Shown here: in pieces, positions 39,714 through 47,512 of the stretch
Layout of the letters: every line of letters starts with the position of its first letter
Numbering within the stretch: the first letter of the stretch is position 1
Assembly: GCA_003344405.1 (NCBI GenBank)
Contig: NOWV01000327.1
Coordinates: 1 to 47,512 of the forward strand
Length of the DNA: 47,512 bases
Source: Trichoplax sp. H2
Taxonomy: Eukaryota
Direction: 5' to 3'
Translations under genes and position numbers: made by a program
Notes under the pieces: model-generated
Seen by the model: the letters and a program-made list of their open reading frames with translations, nothing else
The model's database searches: none
Told to the model about the DNA's origin: nothing

Positions 39714-42700
39714 ATGGTAAAATTATAATAAAAATGAGAAAAATTGATTTTTAATCGAATATATTTATTACCATCATCTAAGATAGCATAAGGCTTTAGT
39801 TAGTAAATTTTATTTCAGCATAAACTACATACTGTTCATGGTGAACTCTGTTCACAAGATGTACCATGACAAATCCTAGAGCTGATTGAATTTAAACTAT
39901 ATTGCTTTTCAGAAAGCCAAAGCAGATATGCATTTAGGGATAGAATTAGTTAATTTAAGTTAATGCTTATTTAGACAGTGATAGCTTTCTAATCTATTGA
40001 AATAGCGAATGGACTAAATGTCCGATAAAATATATGTTAGTCACAAGGCTTTGGCTAGTAAATTTTATTTCAGCTTAAATTGCATATATAACTTGATGAA
40101 TTCTGTTTAACAATATAGCGTAAGATAAATCCTAGACCGATTGAATTTAAATTATATTACTTTATCATAAAAATAAGGCAGATATGCATTAGGGGATAGA
40201 ATCATTTAATTTAAGCTAAATTTTATCTGGACAAGTGGTTGGTCTCTAAGTTATTAGAATAGCAATTGAAACCAAGTGTCCAATAAAATCTATATTAGTC
40301 ATTAGAACAACTTTTAATTTATTTCTCGTTTTTATTATATTGGTAAAAAAGTTTAATAGTAAGCAACGAGTCTTCTAGCTTTAATGCATAATCCAAATTT
40401 TAAAATATTAAGACTACCATCTTTATAACTTATAGGAATCCGATAAACCTGGATTAGATACTAAGGCTAAAAAATATGAATTCATCGCTAGCTTTCATTG
40501 TGCACTGATCAGTTTTGTCCTCTTTCACAAACAATTATCGACGTTGCCAGCCATAGTCGCAGCTGGTGGTGGAGGTAAATTGTATGATAAATAAAATCGA
40601 TAGGACTATTACATGTAATATATAATTTAATATCGCTTATTATTAACCTATTATAAGACTTTAATGATGTAATTAATATCTATAACCGATTTAAAATTGA
40701 ACTCATTTCTATCTTGTCTATTTTAATGAAATCTGATTAAAAAGTTAAAATTACTACAATAAATTACGTAACCTGACGTATTTTAAAATTTGATAGATAT
40801 CATCTCTAAATATTGCAACATTATAATTACTGTATCAGATGCAACATTAGCGGTTACATTAGGAGCAATATATAAATTGATTATTATACTGTGAATAATA
40901 GCCACATTTTCGGGCTTTAGTCGTAACTCACATTAAATAGAGAAAAAGTTGTTCTATTCCGTACTGGATAGCAATTACTTGCTTTCTTCCGTGATCGACG
41001 ATGTAATACAGTCGTGGTGATAAGCCATTTGCATCTGAGCATTAAACATTACCAACAATCTCTACTGTATTTTCTTAAGAATAAGTAGGATTATTCTCTA
41101 CTAACTTTGAACTAACAAAATCAAATCCATCGATTAGGTGCATTTTTTATTCCTTACTGCCTCAGCTTGGCTATTATCATTTTACCAGGAGCATATCTTG
41201 AAATGACTGTTGGTCAATTATCTGGAAAAGGTCCTATCCGAATTTGGGAAGAATTGTCATCTATCTTTAAAGGTACTGTATGCCATCGCTTAAATAGGAT
41301 GTTATTGCGATATATGCTTATATACGTGGTTTAGTAATTTATTTAAGAACACAACACAGATGGTATTATTGCATGTTCAAATTGTAATACTAATTTGAAA
41401 GTGTACCTTTTTAATTTGATACTGAGGATGTTAATCAGCATTAGATCGCACATTTTATATAATAAGTGATGCTGCAGCTCATTAAAAGCATCTAATTTGC
41501 TCCTATTAACCTCTGAATCTTCGCCTTAACGACGCTTATATCTTGACACAGTCTGTTAGATACTGCAGTATCCAAGGTAGCTTTCACATATTTTATACAA
41601 TAAGTTATGCTGCAGCGTATCGAAACCCTCCATTTTCCTGCTGTCAACCTCTGAATTTTGGACCTTAAAAATATTTATATTTTGATGCAGTTTGTTGGAT
41701 ACTGTATAGTATCCAAAATAGCTATAAATGTTGAGATACGAAACAATTAACAAACCAGCTTGCTCACTTTACCTCAGTGTTTAACAGTTTAACATCAGGA
41801 CATCACATTGGTATAGATCTGAAAACAGGTCCGATTTAGCTTGTAAAATGGAATAGTATCAGCTGCGGGACTCTGAAACAATTAATTACGTTTATCGATG
41901 AGTATCTGTAGAGACACTATTGCAAGATTATATTAATAAGTAAACAGAACTTCTATATTGTATAGGGCAGAGCAGTGCATGATCGCTAGCTTATAAAGTA
42001 ATTGTAAACATATACCAGCATCTACAGAATAGATTAAATCAATGATTAGTACATTTGTTAAATATAAATTATATTTTTATGGTTTCACTTCCTATACTAT
42101 CTTTATAATCCAGCAATTAAGAGTGCCATGAATTGAGGTACTACCTTATTCCACATAGTCTATTATTGCTTGATGTAGTAATATCATCAGCCGGGCTAAT
42201 CTAATAGTGTAAATCTATAATCAAATAAACAGCCCTTTTCGATCTTCACTCTGAGACAAGGCAAATCGATATAAGAAAATAGTATTGCTTCTGATTCAGA
42301 GAATTTGCTATTACCATGGTCGTTTGGATAACTAGAGCAAGGAATAGAGTCTAACGATCTTTTGCATCTATAAAAATAGTTACTAGTAAAGAGTGCCTTA
42401 TTTACTGATGGAAGCCCCTTACCCAGTAAAAGGAAGTTTATAAATTAGTTGCTGATACTGCTCATTCGATACATTTGTTAAATTATTTGTTTAAAAAATT
42501 TTAAAACTGTTAAAGTTGACCAAGGTTATCTTTGTTATTTTGCTATAGGATATAAAATGATATCCGCGAATTAATTTTTTATCGAAGTAGTAGCGATAGA
42601 TAGTAAGGCAGATTAAAGCTGTGATAGATTTCCAGATGTAGCAATATTACCTTAAAATCAATTCGTACGATAAAATATTGAGAATAATATCAGCTATCGA

Positions 42701-45700
42701 TCCTTTTTCATTGTAAGATCTAGCAGCTCTGATTTTATCTCAACGTCTACGAAGCATTTGCCGATAATATATAAAATTTATCAGACTATTTGAAGCGCAC
42801 TGACTTAAAATAAAAATCTAATCGAGCTGCAACAAAGTAATTCCGATATTCATTTAAATGCGATAGGGCTTGGATATGCTAAAGTGTTGATGTTATTATT
42901 TGCCTGTATTGAAATGGCGCCAACTATTGGATATGCCTTCTTTTACTTATTCTGGGGCCTAGTACCATCGGGAGATGTATTGCCTTGGAATACTTGCGGC
43001 AACAGTTGGAATAACGGAGTTACTTGTCGAACAACATATGTAACTTGTAATTCATTAAACCCCAGCAACAGAAATGGAACTCCTACACCTACACTCCCAG
43101 GACAAGCATGCATACCGCCAGGACTGGTGGCTACTCTCCCAGAAAGAGAATATTTTAGGTATTAAAAATTTATTTAATGCGGTGATTTATATTACTGGAA
43201 AGCCCAGTCCTTATTTCTGCACCTCTACTCTGTACTCATAAAGAACGCCAAAGTCCATTTTGTGTCCATACTAACCTTAGTACATCACCAAATTCATACT
43301 GTAGTATTAATACTACAGTATATTGATCGGCACTTGTTAAATTAATTTGAGCATTTACTATAAGGATTGCAACACTAATTACTATTGTTAATACTATTGC
43401 TGTATTATTTCTGTCCGCTATATTACAACAGAAATTACGTTTTGGAGTATACAACTGGATATGATGGAGCTGTCGTTGTTAGACAAGTGGCTTGTTTAGG
43501 AATCGTCTGGGCAATTTCTTTCTTGATCATTTGTTCTGGTTTCAGGATCTATAGAAGAGTAAGTTATTCTTTTCATAGTAATTTTCAGATACACTAAAAT
43601 ACATAGACTTAGTTATCTTATTATTTGCCATGCTCATTTTTTACTTACCAGTATCTTGCAAGGAATAATTGTAACAATTTTACGTTTGAGATCGATAATA
43701 TCTACAGAATCCTTTTCTTGCCATTCTAGGTTTCATATGGCCTGATCATCGTCATCGTTTCCCTCATTCTAGTTCTCCTCGGCTTCTCTTTTGGACTTAA
43801 AGGATCGTCTTTAGGCTGGTCTTATATTTTGTCTTCTCTATTTTTCCGACTTCGAGATATCAACGTTTGGTATGCCGGATTTCGAGAAGCCTTTTATACC
43901 TTTGCCATCTCTTCCGGCTGTTTTGTTTACTTTGGTAGCCGCAACAAAGTTTTTACCAACACAAGCAATATCTGGTATGCCCGCTCTATATTTATAACGT
44001 TAAGCAATAAAGTTTCTGCTACTTGACAGAACGAGCTGTTTCATCTAGATACTAGATGATTTTACACATATATAGAATAAGATAATTAGTCTATTAAAAT
44101 ATACAAATAAACACTAATATTAACTTTCATTTCATGGATATTGCAGGCCCCCAATTGTTGCTGTAATATTTGCAGGATTGTATTCGGTAGCATGCAGCTT
44201 TGTAGTCTACGGCTATCTTGGATACTTAGCTGAACAAACAGGACGATCTGTGCAAAGTCTAGTTAGTTCAGGTGTTACTAAGCAAAATATTATTGACACT
44301 GTCATCTATTTCGGTGCGTATCCTATTTTAATATTAACTGAAATAAATTGTTTCTTCATGTTCATTTTAGGCAATGATTTGATGTTTGTTACTTTACCCA
44401 TGATAACACGAAATACTGGTGATGGTCGATTAAAATTGGCACTTTCTATGTTTTATAGCCTTTATGCCATCCTTGGTTTATCTACCCTGGTAAATCATCA
44501 TCATAATTCTCGCATTTCATGCCTTTATTTGAACTAAATAATTCGCAGACATGAAGTAATGTTATTGAGTGTTAAAATTATGGAGCCTAATTTGGCGTAG
44601 AATTGATAGTAAAATTATGCACAGGCTTGTTAGCTAGTGTCATTGTAAGGCAGCCTGGGAGCTGACAAATTAACTAAATGAAAATGATTATTTCAGAAGA
44701 TAAAAAGTGGCCGATGTTGATTTTTAAAATAATGAATCTATTCTGGTTTAGGCAATTATGTTAGAAACTGTGGTTACAGCGGTTGTAGAAGATTTACCTA
44801 AAGTCGTCCACCGATTTAAGATTGCCTTTAGAATTGGATTTCACGCTATTGTTTTTGGATTTGGAATATTAACGGCCAGAACTGTAAGCTATTAAATTAG
44901 TTAATCATCAGGATCGATAAAATCAAATTTTCAATTTGTTAGTAATACAATCTATTTTGCCTATGGCCTGATTGAATTGAACAAATATATAATGAAAATA
45001 TTCTGTACATCACTCAACAGAATAAGCATTTTAATTCATGTCTTGAGTTACATTTGCTTAACATTCATTCGAAAGTAATTCTATCATGAAATGAAGCTCT
45101 ATTTTTTATGACTCATTTTTAATTACTTCGGTTTATGATATAATCACTCCAAAAATTAGGGAAGTCTAGGAGTTATTGCAGGAATGGAATTGACGTCGCA
45201 ATTAGTTCAACCTTTCCTATCGGTTTTCCAATATTTTGCCTTCGTTTTTGTATTTGGTAAGCTGAAATAGATAAATACCGCAGCTTTATAGCTCTATTTA
45301 AATTCTAATAATCGCTACATTAACCATTATCTTTGTCAATTCTAATAATGGAACACTCTATAGCGAGATGTTTAGTACCAGAAGTCTATCATTACAAATT
45401 ACCTCCTCGCGGTTGGGCGAAGGCTTGGCTAACTATTTCTATCATCGTTTTAGTTGCCATGACGGTAAGAACAAACTTTTTTCGCTTGATCCTAACGGTT
45501 TTTCATAAGGCAAAATACAACTGTTAGAATTTTTATTGAGGTAGCCATGGTGCTGCAGATTTATCTATTAAAATTCTTGAATCAAAAACATACAGAACAT
45601 AATTTTATTAATAGAACGAAAAACCGCTAAATTTGACAAACAATTTTATCGCTTTAAGTGATGCTACACCATTAGATGCATTGCTATATTAAGATAGAAT

Positions 45701-46381
45701 ATCCTACACAGCTTCAGTATGTAATAGCCAGAAAATAGTTTTAAAGAATGACCATTAGATATACGATAATGGATATTTCAGATATCGATAAGATCAAACA
45801 CATTTCAAATATGAAGTTATTCTATCTCGTCCATTAGTTACTTGAACATTCCGTGCATAAGTAGTGTACGAGTATAATAGCAAAATTAAATATGAAGAAG
45901 GATTTCAATATTAAAATATATTGTGCATACACAGAATTATATATATGAATACTCCAACATAGATAATATACTGTATGTAGGAACTTATGTAAAGATTAAG
46001 CTACAGACATGGGACTTCTAAATATCAAGAAATTAGCTGTATATCATTATACTACTGGAATATATTTTAATCATTCTATTTCTTTCTCATTTACAGGCGG
46101 CATTAATATACCATTCAATTATCTTTATCCCCACCTTAGTTTCCAGAAGTGATACTTTCCTCTTATCGCTATCCTGGTCAATGTTTAGTATTTCTATGCT
46201 ACTTTATTTAGGCACTGCTCTTTATAAAGCCATCAAAAATTCAAAGAACATTATCAAGGTTATTACTCCATCAGAAAACCTCAATGTTAGCCTTAGAAGT
46301 ATTAAGCAATCATCTCGAGGTGTCCAGTACAAAAATTATTATGAAGAAAAACCACCACAGTATGCTCTTGAAGAGTTTTAA
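39714..46381 (+). CDS. Divergent SLC6/NSS-family transporter, paralog C, about 599 aa; exons 39714-39716, 40436-40574, 41138-41272, 42867-43158, 43432-43558, 43730-43974, 44147-44271, 44371-44489, 44752-44883, 45160-45256, 45364-45464, 46097-46381
   Basis: GT-AG introns with the same phases, and several identical exon lengths (135, 127, 125, 97 nt) across A, B and C, give an 1800-nt ORF. Motifs: GGGGAFFIPY, LEMTVGQ, GPIRIW, FKGLGY, LPWNTCGNSWN, PEREYF, GYLGYLA, GNDLMFVTLP. Confidence 0.88.
39790..40302. repeat. Diverged tandem duplication, 2 x about 255 bp, in intron 1 of paralog C
   Basis: aaggcttt.g.tagtaaattttatttcagc at 39790 and 40045. Shared internal blocks aaatcctaga, gattgaatttaaa, gcagatatgcatt, gggatagaat and ttaatttaag; both copies end in tgtcc.ataaaat.tat.ttagtca. 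Confidence 0.9.
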
Positions 46382-47512
46382 AGAAAGTTTTCAATTATAC
46401 CAATCATCTTAGGCTACAGTTTTATATGTTAGTGTTTGCTGGATAAGAACACGGATGATATAATCTATCAAAAATACCACTTAGGCTCTGAATTATGGCT
46501 TACTCATATCTAACATAAAGTTAAACGACTGTTTTGTCGGTTATTTGACTATTTAAGAAAACAAGAGTTAGTGAAACATCAATTTCTATCATACACAAGT
46601 AGAGTTTCATATCTTGAACGATATTCATATTAATTTTGTTTTCTTGTTGTTATTTTACCTACTACATCATAGTTAGTATGAACTAAAAGTAAATTTAAGA
46701 TTCAAGTACGAAATAGTGCATTATATTTGATTTAAATGATCTTTCTCCGTTTGTGTTTAAATGACTTTAATAAAAATACTTTCAAAATCTCTGAGACTAG
46801 CATCTGTTTCCCATTTCGACAATTTCAAAGTCCAAAACTTTCCTTACGATAGTTATTCGTAGCAAATTTAAACTGCATCATGATGCCCATTCTAGCAAAT
46901 GATAAGGATATTGCATTCCCATCTTAATGAAGGAAACCTTTAAGATTTCGGCTAACCTTATTCTTGCTGATCCTAACTACACACATTTCATTCAGCACAT
47001 TTCAATGGATCTTATAATTAAATTACAATTCTGGTGAAAGAAACTATACCCTAAAGATCGCTATTAGGATTTTTTAATTTTAGCTCATTCAACTTCGCCA
47101 TTATGCTCAACTTGATTTTACCACATCTTTTAACCTGTCGCGAAAGCTCTTAATTCAATGGATATAAAGGAATCCAATTCGTTTCAATGGAATACTAATT
47201 GCGATTTGATCTTAAACCACAAAATATATTTTCGATGATCGACCCTATAGCAATGTACTGCCATTCTATTAGTTAAATCATCGCTAATCTCATTTAGGAA
47301 AATCTTTTTTTAAGATTGCGGTTCTTTTTTTACCTCTGAATTTAGTAACTCGATACCCTACCGTATATAGCCATCCGTACTCTAGCATACTATAGAATCT
47401 ATAGTATCTATAGCCTACGGACATAAGCTACTAAATATGTCTTAAGATAAATATAGAAAGTCGCGCTACCCTACATCAATACTAAACATGGCTAATAGTC
47501 TACAATCCCAAT

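Noticed and set aside
34436..41753. Small ORFs at 34436-34669, 37548-37748 and 41556-41753
   Set aside because: Near the length threshold, apparently non-ATG starts, AT-rich low-information translations and no supporting gene structure.

Overview
AT-rich, intron-containing animal genomic DNA. The compact genes with short GT-AG introns would fit a placozoan such as Trichoplax, but that is an inference. All six genes lie on the + strand, and I rebuilt their exons by hand with consistent splice phases. (1) Two tandem SLC35F3/F4-like DMT-fold transporter genes: a 3' fragment at 59-742 and a complete 373-aa copy at 3904-5969. They are nearly identical apart from a small cluster of amino-acid changes and a diverged 3' end. 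(2) A candidate solo LTR at about 6729-7287. (3) A TEX45/SAXO5-like ciliary microtubule-inner-protein gene (9211-12310) with a near-perfect RFX X-box in an intron. (4) Three tandem, intact, 12-coding-exon SLC6/NSS-fold genes (16817-23402, 26749-34176, 39714-46381). All three have lost or rewired most canonical Na+, Cl-, substrate and gate residues: a shared 4-aa insertion and N-to-Q change in TM1, loss of TM3 YYN, TM6 Q-to-E and SYN-to-SRN, and loss of the TM7 Asn. This non-canonical SLC6 clade is the best candidate for an undescribed system, either ion-uncoupled transporters or transceptors. Several local tandem duplications lie in non-coding DNA. No rRNA, tRNA or CRISPR was seen.
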